From the NCBI RefSeq assembly GCF_963921235.1, contig NC_086097.1, forward strand, positions 94,242,001 to 94,306,000: a DNA stretch of 64,000 bases, written 5' to 3'. The position numbers and the translations under genes are program-made. Positions 34,778 to 48,300 of the stretch are shown here, piece after piece; the stretch's first letter is position 1; every line of letters begins with the position of its first letter. The notes under the pieces were generated by a model that saw nothing but the letters and a program-made list of their open reading frames with translations, was not told where the DNA came from and ran no database searches. This DNA comes from Mobula hypostoma. Lineage: Eukaryota.

Positions 34778-35367
34778 GTAAATTGCAGGAAAGTCAAATG
34801 GTTGTGTGTAATATTGCCCTCCTCTGTGTGGAAGTCTTAAGTGCCACTTGCACAGCTACTGTACTGGGAATAGACTCGGGAGTAAGTTGGACACAGACTT
34901 CTACCCTGATGATTTCTGCATCCTGGTGCACAAACACCACATTCAACTCAGCTGTGTCTGTTGTACTGCCCAAGTATTCAACGGTAGGCCTTCCAGATGC
35001 AACAGTCTATTCACTAATGAAAGGAAAAAGGCATGTACAACATCTTCCTCTGTGCCATTGTATGTCTGACTTGCTAGTTCCCTGGATCTCTTGTCTGTTC
35101 CACCTTGTTGGTGATTTTTTATTATTCCTATAGAAATTATTATTACTACGTAAATCATGGAGGCCAAGTCTCTGAATATGTTGAAGAAAGAGATGGTTTT
35201 CTCGATTCAAGAAGCTTCAATGTGTATGGGGAGAAAGTAGGGATATGGTATTGAGACAAAGGATGTGCCAGGATTTTGTTGAGTGACAGAGCAGGTGTGA
35301 ACAGTTGAATGGCCAACCAAAAAAAAAATCCATGGTTCCTTAATGGATTCATCTTTTTTGTTTCAAG

Positions 35368-35451
35368 AATGCAAAACCACGCCTAGATTGTCTGTCCCAA
35401 GTGTACAGAAGCTGTCAAGAAATCTTACAAAAGGCACAGGTTGATCAGTGA
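35368..35451 (+). CDS. PIGH: PIGH exon 4 (terminal), 27 codons plus stop
   Basis: NAKPRLDCLSQVYRSCQEILQKAQVDQ* matches the PIGH C-terminal AKPRLDCL..VYRSCQEIL motif. Acceptor TTTTTTGTTTCAAG. Confidence 0.93.
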   Translation, partial: NAKPRLDCLSQVYRSCQEILQKAQVDQ

Positions 35452-36498
35452 ACTTATCACAGTTGAAGGGCAATCTGTTTCAAGGTAATGTTCTTTTTAA
35501 TACTGTTTTGGTTGGTGTTTTGTGCAGAGTTGTGTGCAAACAATAACGTAGACTAACTGGTGTATCTTGATCAAGTTCCTTACACTTCCCTGTGTAGCCT
35601 TCACTAATCTGCATGAAGTAACAATATGTGACCAGTTCAAGTAGCACAGTCTGAGTTCACTAAAACATGGTACTGGCTGAATTCTTAGAGCTTCATTTTA
35701 GAAGAAGAGAATGCTAGAGGAGATAATGAATTTGACATAAAGGGAATGTCTTCTTGGCTGACTGTGGCTTGTCCTTACAAGCATGTCACTTTCAGTACTA
35801 TTGTCATCTCCCTTGGTCCAATCCCTCTCTTACCTTGACCTCCAAGAGATGGGAGAAAAAGAAATAGGACCTGACTTGAGCCCAAGGAAATAATGACCTG
35901 AACCCAGTAGACATGGTTGAATCCCCTCTAGCACAGGTCAGTTAGTGGACTCTCTTCCAACCTGCTTTTCTTCCCAAGCATTGTTTCACCCAAATACACG
36001 TTGTCTGCTCTCTCATCCCTTCCTGTGCAAGTTTTAAAAGACCATTTCTCACCAGATCCTCCACCTATTGAATGTCCCTAACAATGTCCTGTACAGCCAT
36101 TAGTTCTTGTCATGTTTTCATGACTTCTCTACTACTTCTGAAGTGTAGACCTCTCTAATTTCCCTTGCTGGCCTCAGAGCTGCACTTTATAACACTATAC
36201 TCTTTCACCTTTACTCTTGTCTGCCACATCCTCCACCCTATTCCCAACCCTCCCCCTGTATCACCCCCATATTACGCGTGCTGCTCCTTGGAAAGGACAT
36301 GAACTGGTCTTCCACCTGCATGTTCACTAACCCATTCTCTCTTTCACTAAAGCTATTGCTACTCTCTGCTGCTGAGCTTCTAATTGGAGATTTAAGCACG
36401 TCAGTGATTTGAAGCATCCATTCTACACCAATCACATGTGCACGGCATGGGTCTGAAGTGGTTTGCAGTGTCTCTACCGGCTTAGCTCACTAAACAGC

Positions 36499-36504
36499 AA
36501 TAAA
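36499..36504 (+). terminator. Candidate PIGH polyadenylation signal
   Basis: AATAAA about 1.05 kb after the stop, followed by T/GT-rich sequence. Alternative AATAAA at 36915-36920. Confidence 0.5.
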
Positions 36505-36594
36505 GTACAAGAATTGCTGCCCTTTTTGCTGTGCTTCACCTAATTGTTTTTCTTTGAACTTTGTATTCTGTTAGTGCTTACACAGCTTATTCTT

Positions 36595-36618
36595 TATATA
36601 TATATATATATATATATA
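36595..36618. repeat. (TA)n microsatellite
   Basis: Run of about 12 TA units. Confidence 0.9.
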
Positions 36619-38689
36619 TGCAAGAATTCTAAAAACCTAAGTTGATTGGTATTGATAGTTAATGTTAAGTAACCAGTTCCAGTGGATCACCTAATTTTAC
36701 AACTGCCAACACCAAGCAGCTGTTCAGCACTGACTGACACTGTGAAAGTACAAGTTAAGTAAGATCTTTAATCGCAAAACCTAATTATGTTATTGAAGCT
36801 GCTAAATTCGTCCATTTGCCAGAATCCAGAGTGTTATCATGTAGAAGAGCATTCTGTGGAACTGGGCTCAATGTATGTCAATAGATACTAGTATTTCAAT
36901 TGAGCGTAATGCCCAATAAAGTCAGTTAGTTGGCCATCCTTAGGGTCTAGTTTTGCCCACTGAACTCTATTCCAGCCAGAGGAACATTAAAGGAGTTAAA
37001 ATTGGTAATGGAGGATACAGATAAATACAAGTGTGTGCTTGAGAAACTTCTCTGCCAGAGAATAATGTGGAATTTTTCTCTTTCAGGTAGAGATCCAGAT
37101 CAGGGAAGATATTTTAAAAATATCCTTTTAAAATATTTGCATCAAAGGACACTTGCAACCAATTAGCAGAAAAGCTTTGAAAACTTGCCACAGCTTGCAA
37201 GAGGTGGGCCTAGCAGCTACAAAGCACCAAGCCACTGTCCATTGGCGCTACTGATGACTGCAGTGTTGATGGGATATATCGTGAAGAACGTTTTTTCCTT
37301 ACTTTGAGAATACAGCAAAACATTGGATATAGAATTGGTGAGAGAGTTACAGCAGAAAGAATTTTTTTTCCCCAAGTTGTAGTAATAAAGAAAAGTTTTC
37401 ATTCGTGATCTAAGGATGTGCCAGAACACTTTGCAGCCAAAGAAGTGCTTTTGGAATGTATCCACTGTTGAGTTTTACAGTGGATCTCACACAGTGATCT
37501 CCCTCAAGGTGATGTGTTATGTTGGTTGAGAGTCAAAACATTGACCGTACCAGAGAGAAGCTTCTTCTGGTCCTTGTTGAAATACTAGCACATGATCAAC
37601 TTAAGTGATTAAATAGGGTTTTAATAGTTCATCTGAAAAGCTGTGCATTTGATACTGTAGCAACCCCTTCCATACTGAAGCAGAGGTCAGCAAACATTAT
37701 GTGCTCCGAAGTAAAGCTGCTAAAGAATTTCTTTATGGAAACCTGTACCTAATATTGCATCTACTGATACCTTATTGTTTGGTGTGTATCAAACTATTGT
37801 TTTAATTATTTGTTTGGTAATGGAGGAGCTTCATTTTAAAACATTTTTTGGGGTGGCAGTGGTGCAGTAGATATGCAGCCCTGCATCACTAACCATCCTG
37901 GTTCAATTCTCACCTCTGATGTTGTCTTCCTCAGCTGCATTGGTTTCTCTCGAGTCCTTGTGTTCCCTCACACATTGCAAAGGTGGGTTAATTGGTCTCT
38001 GTAAATTGCTCCTTATTCCTGGTGGTGGCAGGAGGATCAGAGCTGATGGGAATTTGAGAGACAGTAGGTCACATGGAATATGACGAATGGAATCACTCTG
38101 AAAGACAACATAGACTGTGGGCTGAATGATTTATATTGTGAAGAAATATGGAAAATGAATTTAAGGCTGATTCTACATGTAATGGAATATTAGCTTGAGC
38201 GGGCCCTTGAGTGATGATTAAAGGCTAATTATGTTTAACAAGTATGGCAGTGCCACATGTTGTAATTAAAGAAATCACAGCAGTCAACTTGTACTGAGAC
38301 CTTCAACAGAAACTGAGTATATCTTGCTGTTGATGATGTAGTGCCCACCAAACTAGCTTCCCTACTGGGCTTGAAGATACAACATTGGCAGTGACTACCT
38401 AATTCTGTGTGCAAACAAGAAAGCAAAACCCCTTTTTATTCTGATCCTGTTCTCTGAAGCCAAAGTACTCCAGAATTTCCAGATAGCAGTGAACTCAGCT
38501 TTACTCGTGAAGTGAAACTGAGAACCTGGCTCTCTTAAACAGCCTGTGTAAAACAGCCAGACTGGAGGTTAGAATAAACACTGAAAGTGTCTGTGCTTTC
38601 TGATGGGAAGCGCTGAAATGAAGTTACAGTCAATGTCTAGATGAGTATGGAAGTGATAGTATGTAAGTGCTGAGGTAAGCAGGTCGGAG

Positions 38690-39007
38690 ATACAGAAGCC
38701 TGAAGGCACACACTCAGTGATTCAAGAACAGCTTCTTCCCCTCTGCCATCCCATTCCTGAATGGACTTTGAAGCTTTGGACACTACTCACTTTTTTTAAT
38801 ATATGGTATTTCTGTTTTTGCATATCTTTTTAATAATCTATTCAATATATGTAATTGATTTACCTGTTTATTTATTATTAGTTTTTATTTTATTTCTTTT
38901 TTTTTCTCTCTCTCTCTGCTAGATGATGTATTGCATTGAACTGCTGCTGCTAAGTTAAGAAATTTCGCATCACATGCCGGTGATAATAAACCTGATTCTG
39001 ATTCTGA
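38690..39007 (+). mobile_element. Rex1/Babar-type LINE 3' end
   Basis: GRRYRSL...FKNSFFPSAI motif and tail AATAAACCTGATTCTGATTCTGA. Confidence 0.75.
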
Positions 39008-39483
39008 AAAGCATTTAAAGAAATGGTATGACTTCCCCAGATGTGTGAATATGGGCTGTATGTTGCTTAAAATTACTGCTCCTTCATTTTGACACAAGTA
39101 GAGGGAGAATAGGTGGAGAAATGGGACTGATGGAAGTTCTCTGCAAAGCCACCATAGACCCACTGGGCTGAAAAGCCCATGTTGAAGGAAAGTATGGATT
39201 TTGAGACAGACATAAACACACCCTTTCTCTTTCTATCCCCATCCCATGCCCTCAGCATAGACAATTTATCCTCATGCTTGCCTCAAGCTTCACAAGCCTC
39301 GGATAACAATGAGGTCATTCATTGTCCTCTAAGCTAAACCATGAATGAGAGTATGGAGGGCAAGTAAAGGATGGGCTATTGTTTTGTGGTTCTGAGTGCA
39401 GCATCTCACTATGCTGGTGAGGAGAGTCCACCTCCTGCACAGGGTGGTACAGAGGTCATGTGTGCTCACTGACACCGAGTCAA

Positions 39484-41731
39484 AGCAACACTCACAACAC
39501 GCTGGAGGAACTCAGCAGGTCGGGCAGCATCCGTGGAAAAGATCGGTCGACATTTCGGGCCAGAACCCTTCATCGGGACTGAAGAGGGAAGGGGCAGAGG
39601 CCCTATAAAGAAGGTGGGGGGAGGGTGGGAAGGAGAAGGCTGGTAGGTTCCAGGTGAAGAACCAGTAAGGGGAAAGATAAAGGGGTGGGGAAGGGGAGGC
39701 AGGGAGCTGATAGGCAGGAAAGGTGAAGAAGGAATAGGGGAAAACACAATGGGTAGTAGAAGGAGGTGGAACCATGAGGGAGGTGATAGGCAGCTGGGGG
39801 AGGGGGGCAGAGTGACATAGGGATAGGAGAAGGGAGGGGGAGGGAATTACCGGAAGTTGGAGAATTCTATGTTCATACCAAGGGGCTGGAGACTACCTAG
39901 ACCGTATATGAGGTGTTGCTCCTCCAACCTGAGTTTAGCCTCATCATGGCAGTAGAGGAGGCCATGTATGGACATATCCGAATGGGAATGTGAAGCAGAG
40001 TTGAAGTGGGTGGCAGCTGGGAGATCCTGTCTATTGTGGTGGAGGGAGCGGAGGTGCTCGACAAAGCGGTCCCTCAATCTGTGTCGGGTTTCACCTATGT
40101 AGAGGAGGCTGCACCGGGAGCACCGGATGCAATAGATGACCCCAACAGACTCACAAGTGACGTGTTGCCTCACTTGGAAGTACTGTTTGGGGCCCTGAAT
40201 GGTGGTAAGAGAGGAGGTGTAGGGATAGGTGTAGCACTTGCGCTTACAGGGACAAGTGCCAGGTGGGAGATCCGTGGAGAGGGACGTGTGGATCAGGGAG
40301 TCGTGGAGGGACTGATCCCTGCGGAAGGTGGAGAGGGAAAGATGTGCTTAGTGGTGGGGTCCTGTTGAAGGTGGCAGAAGTTGCGGAGGATAATGTGCTG
40401 GATCCGGAGGCTGGTGGGGCGGTAGGTGAGGACAAGGGGAACTCTGTCCCTGTTGTGGCGGGAGGATGGGGTGAGAGCCGAAGTGCGGGAAATGGAGGAG
40501 ATGCGGGTGAGGGCATCATTGATGATAGCAGAAGGGAAACCACGATCCTTAAAGAAAGAGGACATTTGAGATGTCCTGGAACGGAAAACCTCATCCTCGG
40601 AGCAGGTGCGGCGGAGACGGAGGAACTGGGAATAGGGAATGGCATTTTTGCATGTGGCGGGGTGGGAAGAGGTATAGTTGAGGTAGTTATGAGAGTCAGT
40701 GGGCTTGTAGAAGATGTCAGTCTGTCTCCAGAGATGGAGACCGAGAGATTGAGAAGGGGAGAGAAGTGTCCGAGATAGACCAAGTGAATTTGAGGGCTGG
40801 GTGGAAGTTAGAAGTAAAGTCGATAAAATTGACGAGCTCAGCATGGGTGCAGGAAGCAGCACCAATGTAGTCGTCAATGTAGCGAAGGAAAAGTTGGGGA
40901 GCAGTACCAGAATAGGTTTGGAGCACAGACTGTTCCACATAACCAACAAAGAGGCAGGCATAGCTACAGCCTTGGCCTGAAGAAAGTGGGAAGAGCCAAA
41001 AGAGAAGTTATTGAGTGTGAAAACCAGTTCTGCCAACCGGAGGAGGGTAGTGGTGGTGGGGAACTGGTAAGGTCTATTATCCAGAAAGTAGTGGAGGGCT
41101 TTGAGGCCGCCTTCATGGGGAATAGAGGTGTATAGGGATTGGACATCCATAGTGAAAATGAAGCGGTTCGGACCGGGGAACTAGAAGTTATTGAAGAGGT
41201 GGAGGGCAAGGGATGTATCCTGGATGTAGGTGGGGACGGACTGAACTATGGGTGACAAAATGGAGTCCAGGTAGGCAGATACAAGTTCGGTGGGACAGGA
41301 GCAGGCAGAAACTATGGGTCTGCCGGGACAGTCAGGCTTGTAGATCTTGGGGAGGAGGTAAAACCGAGTGGTACTGGGTGTGGGAATTCTGAGTTTAGCG
41401 GCTGAGGATGGAAGGTCTCCAGAGTTGATAAGGGCAGTAATGGTACGAGAGACAATGGTTTGATGTTTTTGGTGGGGTCCTGTTCCAGGGGTAAGTAAGA
41501 GGAGGTGTCAGCTGCCGTTTGGCCTCAGTGAGGTAGAGGTCCGTCCACCAGACTACTACAGCACCACCTTTGTCTGAGGGTTTGATGGTGAGGTTGGGAT
41601 TAGTGCGGAGAGAGTGGAGGGCAGTGCGTTCAGAGGGAGTGAGGTTGGAACAGGAGAGAGGAGTGGTGAAGTTGAGACGGTTGATGTCTCGGCGACAGTT
41701 GGAGATAAAAAGATCAAGTGCAGGTAGAAGG
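39484..41731 (-). mobile_element. 5'-truncated Penelope-like element with RT and GIY-YIG endonuclease (frameshifted) and 3' hammerhead motif
   Basis: IKPSDKGGAVVV, MDVQSLYTSIPH, FLRYIDDYIG and GVIYCIRCSRCSLLYIGET motifs. Near-direct repeat TGACACCGAGTCAA / TGACATCGAGTCAA at 39470-39483 and 41747-41760. Confidence 0.92.
39544..39581 (-). ncRNA. Minimal hammerhead motif with variant core CCGAUGA
   Basis: - strand CAGTC-CCGATGA-AGGG-TTCTGG-CCC-GAAA-T-GTC-GACCG. Confidence 0.6.
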
Positions 41732-42329
41732 ATTATTTTGTGTTTATGACATCGAGTCAATGTGGTCGTGCATCTGCTTTGTACATATTTATTACCATAT
41801 GTGCTGTTGTGTCACCGTAAAGGTGACGGGGGGGGGGTCCCTTACTTTGTGACCAGACAATATATCCCTTTCAGAACCCTATATTGTTGAGGAGGAACAT
41901 CCTCCTTCTGTTGGCCCACTGATTATGTCTGCTTCCAGATCATTTGGCTCTGGGTTTCCTGGTTAATGTCTCTTGGACAGGACGCGGAACTACAAATCAA
42001 ACCTCCACACCAGTTGGGCATGTACCCTGTAGTGTTTGTATCACTGCTCAGCTGCAGTAGCAGCAGTGCACAGTCAGAAGCCAACTCCACTCTCAGACCC
42101 AGTAAAGATGACTAGCAGCATGGACTTCTCCTGGATGAAAGAGTGGGATCCTGAGGATGACACCAAGAGTCTATGAAGCAGGAGCTGAGACGCAGTGAGA
42201 GCTGGGAGATTTTAAAAGAGATGAGTCTTGGGACTTTCTGTTCAGTTTCATGTAGCAAGATCCTAAATTAGGTATATTTTCAAATTGTTAGTTGATATTT
42301 GATTGGGTAATTAGCTAATTGGTAGCGGT

Positions 42330-45300
42330 CATGCAGGCCGGCATTGGAGTGCAGAGATGAGGCTTTGGTTCAAGAGGTGGAGTAAATTGCCCAAGTGTAG
42401 GAAGTGAGATCGGCTCCCTAGAAAAAAAAAATTTCAGTAGGTAAGCATAAGTAAGAACAAGTAAGGTTTTATTTTATTCTAATCATTGATTCAGCTTTAG
42501 TTCAGGAGGTTTTGGTGAATGGATACTATGGTGTGGTTTCCTTTTTATTGCATATTTAGAGCCGTGGAATGGCAGTCAGGGCAGTGGTGTACTCTTCTTG
42601 TAGGATGTGGGAAGTCAGGGAAACTGCGGTATCATTGATGACAATACCTGAGAAAAGAACATGCTGCTGCAGCTCCTTACAGACCACGTGGGGAGCTGAA
42701 GCTGGATGAACTCAGGGTCAATCAGGAGGCTAAGCAGTATATAGACAAGAATTACAAGTTACTAGGTAGTTACACCTAAATTGCAGGTAGCTGAGTGACT
42801 AAGAGAAAGAGAATAGGCAGTCAGTGCATGGTATCCTAGTGATAGTACCCCTCAATAACAAGTACATCATTTTGGATAGTGTTGTGGGGGAGATGACCTA
42901 CCAGAGGAAATCTCTGGCATGGAGTTTGACTCTGTGGCTCTTCAGGGAAGCGGGAAGAAGAAGAGAGCAGTAGTGATAAGGCATTCATTAGTTGGGGAAA
43001 CAGGCAATTGAGGATGAAAGGAAGGCTCCAGGATGATATGTTGCCTCCCAGGTGCCAGGGTCAGAGTCCACAACATTCTTAAGGGTTGGGTGAGCAGCAG
43101 AAGCTATGATGTACATTGCTACCAATGACATTGATAGGACGAAGTCCTGACGAGGGAACACAGGGAGCTAGGAAGGCTGCCAAGCAGTGGGACTTCAAGG
43201 GTAAGAATAAGATGATTTGGCAGATGAATGCATGGATGAGGAGCTGGTGCACTGGCAGCACTTCAGATTTGTGGAACATTGGGATTCTGTGGAAGGTTTG
43301 ATTTGTACAAAAGGACAGGTTTCATCTGAACTTGAGAGAGACAAACGTCATTGGGCAGGTTTGCTAGAGCTGTTGGGGAAGGTTTAAACTAGGTTGGCAG
43401 GGGATGGGAACCAGAGTGGTAGGTCAGATAATGAAGCAGTAGGTGTAAAGGTAGATGCAATGTATAGAGTGACTTTGAGAATAAGGTATAAATACAGTCG
43501 GTTGAAATGGGTTGAAATGCGTTTAATTTAAATGAACAAGTATTACAGGATGATAAACTTAGATCGTGAATCAATACAAGGAGTTATGATGCTGTAGCCA
43601 TTATGGAGATTTGGCTGTGACAAGATCAGGGTTGGATGCTCGATGTTCTGGGGTTTAGATGTTTCTAAAGGGATGGAGGGAGATGAGAGTGGGGTGAGTG
43701 GCATTGCTAATCAGGGATTGTGTCACAGCTACAGAAGGGGAGGATGTTGTGGAGGGATTGTCTACTGAGTCAATATAGGTGGGAGTCAGAAATGGGAAGG
43801 GAGTAATCACTCTATAGGGAGTACAGTTTTCTGTAGGTCCTGTAGTACCCACCGGGACACTGAGGAGCACATAAGATATCACGGTAGCAGTTAGCGCAAT
43901 GCTATTATAACTCAGCGTGTCGGAGTTCAAACCTGGTGTCCTCTGCATACAGTTCTGGTCACCCCACTATAGGGAGGATGTTGAGGCTTTGGAGAGGGTG
44001 CCAAAGAGTTTACCAGGATGTTGCCTTGGCATGTGTTATGAAAGGCTGGATAAACTTGGGTTGTTTTCTCTGGAGGCTGAGAGAAGATCTGATAGAGATT
44101 TACAAGATAATGAGAGGCATGGATAGAGTGGACAGAGTACCTGCTTCCCGGGGTTGAAATGTCTAATACCAGAGGGCATGCATTTAAGGTGAGAGGGGGT
44201 AGGTTCAAGGGGGCTGTGAGGGGTAAGTTTTTTTACTCAGAGTGGTGGATGCCTGAAATGTGCTGCCTGGTATGGTGGTAGAGACAAATACATTAGAGAA
44301 TTTTAAGAGAAGTTTGGATAGGCACATGGATGTAAGGAAGATGGAGGGATAAGGACATTGTGTAGGTAGGAGGGATTAGTGTTTGGGTGTTTTTGATTTG
44401 CTGTATAGCTGGTTAGACACACCATTGTGGGCTGAATGACCTGTTCCTGTGCTGAACTGTTCTATGCACTGAGTCTCTGTACATCCTTCCCGTGGAATGC
44501 ATGGGTTTTCTCCAAGGGCTCAGTTTCCTCCCTCAGTCCAAACATGTTAATTGGTCATTGTAACTTGTCCTGTGATTAGGTTAGTGTTAATTGGGGTTGA
44601 GTGATGTGGTTTGAAGGGCTGGAAGGGCCTATTTCATGCTGTACCTCTACAAACAAAACAAATAAAAATAGATAAAATTAAATAAGTAGGCAGATTTTGG
44701 AAAGGTGCAAAGATAACAGGATTGTTGTCACGGGTGACTTCAATTTCCCTAATGCAGATTGGCACCTCCTTAGTGCAAGAGGTTTAGATGGGGTCACAGA
44801 GGATTTTATACTAGATAAAAAAAACCTGGACAGGTGACAGACCTCACCATGGGCAAGCATTTCAGAGATGGTGGCCACAACTCTCTGACCTTAGCTATGG
44901 CCATGGACAAGGATAGGAGTGGACCATATAGGAAAGTCTCGAGGGAGGATTAATTATGGTGGTATTAAGCAGAAACCTGGGAGCATAAATTGGGAAAAGA
45001 TGTTCTTGGGGAAATGCACATCAGAAATGTAGAGGTTGTTAGGTTGCCCTGCTGTGATAGAAAGGGTAATAGGGTGAAGGAACTATGGTGGCCAAGAAGA
45101 GTGGAACATTTAATGAAGAGGAAGAAGGAAGTGCACTTAAGGTTTAGGATGCAAAAATCAGACAGGATTGTTGATAGTTATAGGGTGGCCAGGAAGGAGA
45201 TTATCAAGTGACTTAGGAGAGTGAGAAGGGCATGAGAACACCTTGGCAAGAAGAATTAAGGAAACCCCAATGGCAATCTACACAAGTGAAGAACAGGAGG

Positions 45301-48300
45301 ATAACTAGAGTGATGGATGGACTGCTCAGGAAATGTGCCTGGAAGTGGAGGAGGCATTGTAGGTCCTTAATTAATACTTTGCTTCAGTGATCACCAAGAA
45401 GAGAGACCTTGAGGATTGTGAGACAAATTTTCCCCAGGATACATCTCCATTGTTCTAGGAAGGTAATAGATATAATCCTGGGAATTATAGATCATTGGTG
45501 GGCAAACTATTGGAAAGGATTCCTAGGCACAGGATTTATGAGCATTTGGAGAAGCATAGTCTTATTGGGGATAGTACACATGGCGTTGTGAGGGGTAGGT
45601 TATGCCTCATCAGCCTACATGAGTTTTTGAAGGGATGACAAGACTAATTGAAATTAGAACAGTGGAAGTGGTGAATATGGATTGTAGTAAGGCATTTGAC
45701 AATGCTCCCCATGATAAGCTTGTCCAGAAAGTCATGAGGCATGGGATCCTTGTGGATTTGGAATTGGCTTGCCCACAGAAGGCAGAGGATGGAAGTAGAT
45801 GGAGTGTACTCTACCTGGAGGTTGGTGACTGGTACTGTTCAGCAGGGATTTGTTCTGGGACATCTGTTCTTTGTGATATTTATAAATGACTTGGATGAGG
45901 AAGTGGAAGTGTGGGTTATAAGTCTGCAGAGGACACAAAGGTTGATGAAGTTTTGGAAGCATAGAAGGTTGTTGTAGGTTACAATGGGATATTGATAGAA
46001 TGCAGAGCTGTGCTGAGAAGTGGGAGATAGATTTCATCCTAGACAAATGTGAAGTAATTCACTTTGGAAGGTTAAATTTGAAGGTAGAATACAGGGTTAA
46101 TTGCAGGATTTTTAGCAGTGGGGAGGAACAGAGTGACCTTAGGGTCCAATCCATAAATCCCTCAAAGTTGCTACATAAGTTGATAGGGTGGTTAGGAAAG
46201 CATATGGTGTGTAGGCCTTCATTAGTCAGGGAACTGAGTTCAAGAGCTGCAAGGTAAAGCTGATGAGCAAGATCTCCAGGGTAGTAATCTTTGGATTGCT
46301 GCCTCTGCCATGCTCCAGTGAGGGTAAGAATAGAATGATTTGGCAGATTAATGTGTGGCTGAAGAATTGGTGCAGGGGGCAGGGGTTTGGAATTCTGTAT
46401 TATTGGGATCTCTTCTGGGGAAGGTGTAACCTGTACAAAAAGGCCGGGTTGCACCTAAACCCAAGGGGGACCAATATTCTTGCAGGCAGGTTTGCTAGAG
46501 CTGTTAGGGAGGGTTTAAATTAATTTGGCAGGGGGAGGGGAACTAGAGTGATAGGGCTGAGGGTGGGGAAGTTGGTTTGCAGCTAGATGTATTGTGTAGT
46601 GAGACTTTGAGGGACAGGCCAATGATAAGGCAAAAATACGGTCAGTGGGATGAGTTAAAGAGCAATAGGGAAAAATCAAAAAGGACGATGAATACAGGAT
46701 TGGAGGTGTTACATTTGAATGCATAAATAAGGTAGGTGATCTTGTACTGCAGTTAAAGATTGGCAGATATGATGTGGTAAAGGAACCCATAGGAGGCAGT
46801 GATCATAATATGATCGAATTCACCTTGCAGTTTCTGAAGAGAAAGTAAAATTGGATGTATTAGTATTACAGTTAAGTAAATGGAATTCCAGAGACATGAG
46901 AGAGGAGCTGGCCAAAGTTGATTGGAAGGGGTCACTAATAGGGATCACGGTGGAACAGTGATGGCTGGAGTTTCTGGGAGTAATTCAGAAGGTACAGGAT
47001 AGATACATCCCAAAGATGAAGTAGTATTCTAATAGGAGGATAAGGCAACTGTGGCTGAAAATGGAAGCCAAAGACAGCATAGAATCAAAAGAGAGGCATA
47101 TAATAGAACAAAAATTGCCTGGAAGTTAGACGATTGGGAAGCCTTTCAAAGCCAAAAGGCAACTAAGAAGCCATAAAGGGGGAAAAGATGAAATATTAGG
47201 GTAAGCTAGCCAATTAGACAAAAGAGGATACAAAAAGTCTTTTCATATATCTGAAAAGAGAGATTAGAGTTGGTATTGAACTGCTGGAAAATTGTCACTG
47301 GAGAAGTATTAATGGGGGGGGGGGGAGACACAAAGAAATGATGGACAAACTTAAGTATTTTATGTCAAGCAGAAGACACTAACAGAATGCCAGAAATGTA
47401 AGACTTCAGAGGGCAGAAGTGAGTGTTATTGTTATTAATAAGGAGAAGGTGCTTGGGAAGCTGAGAGGTCTGAAGCTAGATGTCACCTGGATCAGATGAA
47501 CTACATCCCAGAGTTCAGAAAGAGGTAGCCGAAGAGATTATGGAGGCATTAGTAATGGTCTTTCAAGAATTATTAGATTCTGGAATAGTTCAGAGGACTG
47601 GAAAATTGGAAATGTTACTCCACTCTTTAAGAAGGGAGGGAGGCAGAAGAAAGAAAATTGTAGGACAGTTAGCCTGACTTCAGTGGTTGGAGTCTATTAT
47701 TAAGGATGAGGTTTCATGGTACTTGGAGGTGCATGACATAATAGGCCAAAGTCAGCATGGTTTCCTTGGATATCTTGCTTGACAAATCTACTGGAATTCT
47801 TTGAGGGAATAAAAATAATCCCTTTTAGGGATCTGTTCTGGGACCCCTACTCTTCGTGATTTTTATAAATGATCTGGATGAGGAAGTGGAGGGATGGGTT
47901 AGTAAATTTGCTGATGACACAAAGGTTGGGGGTGTTGTGGATAGTGTGGAGGGCTGTCAGAGGTTACAGCAGGACAGTGATAGGATGCAAAACTGGGCTG
48001 AGAAGTGGCAGGTGGAGTTCAACCCAGATAGGTGTGAGGTGGTTCATTTTGGAAGGTCATATATGATGACAAGAATATAGTATTAATGGTAAGACTCTTG
48101 GCAGTGTGGAGGATCAAAGGGATCTTGGGGTCTGAGTCCATAGGACACTCAAAGCTGCTGTGCAGGTTGACTCTGTGGTTAAGAAGGCATACGGTGTATT
48201 GGCCTTCGGCAATCGTGGGATTGAGTTTAGGAGCTAAGAGGTAATGTTGCAGCTATATAGGACCCTGGTCAGACCCCACTTGGGAGTACTGTGCTCATTT

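Noticed and set aside
40244..40783. Overlapping 171-179 aa ORFs
   Set aside because: Alternative frames and antisense of the Penelope RT region.
43135..43160. GTCCTGACGAG resembling a hammerhead core
   Set aside because: No downstream GAAA or stems; it lies in CR1 ORF1-derived sequence.
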